NCBI RefSeq assembly: GCF_035084215.1 | Contig: NC_090349.1 | Span: forward strand, 8,866,001-8,930,000 | Source: Heptranchias perlo | Taxonomy: Eukaryota | Reading direction: 5' to 3' | Length of the DNA: 64,000 nt | Shown here: positions 63,937 to 64,000 of the stretch, one piece after another | How positions within the stretch are numbered: position 1 is the stretch's first letter | How the letters are laid out: each line of letters begins with the position of its first letter | The notes under the pieces: model-generated | What the model was told of the DNA's origin: nothing | The model's input: only the letters and a program-made list of their open reading frames with translations | Databases searched by the model: none | Made by a program: the position numbers and the translations under genes

Positions 63937-64000
63937 CAAGCTGCCCGACCAGCAGTCCGGAGCGTGACTATAATGAAGGATATTCCCGGTGCTTGCATGA
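63937..64000 (+). CDS. hes5: hes5-like exon 3 start, Orange domain: (A)SCPTSSPERDYNEGYSRCLH; truncated by the window end
   Basis: ttgtag acceptor, phase 1; DY.EGYS.CL is the HES5 Orange-domain start. The WRPW terminus is outside the window. Confidence 0.9.

Overview
Repeat-rich vertebrate genomic DNA. The repeat repertoire (CR1 LINEs with esterase ORF1, L2, Deu-domain SINEs, Penelope, Harbinger) suggests a cartilaginous fish; this is an inference. Two host genes are recognisable. PPIL2 (Cyp60) coding exons 1-4 lie on the minus strand (10152 down to 5183, continuing off the left edge). A hes5-like bHLH-Orange gene starts at 63473 on the plus strand and runs off the right edge. Between them are two decayed tandem hes5 paralogs (about 31.7-32.3 kb and 41.5-42.2 kb) that the ORF track does not reveal. 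Their coding exons are badly broken, but their Notch-type promoters are strongly conserved: an RBPJ/CSL site plus a cryptic paired site at 15-bp spacing, a CCAAT box, an N-box and an E-box. Each copy also has an upstream RBPJ/E-box/Sox/DR1 enhancer-like module. This hidden, mostly non-coding hes5 regulatory array is the most interesting structure in the window. Other notable points: the intact hes5-like protein lacks the HES-defining basic-region proline; a ~185-bp inverted repeat lies downstream of pseudogene 1; and one Penelope copy appears to carry fossil A-to-G hyper-editing. All calls come from reading and hand-aligning the sequence, with no database searches, and repeat boundaries are approximate.
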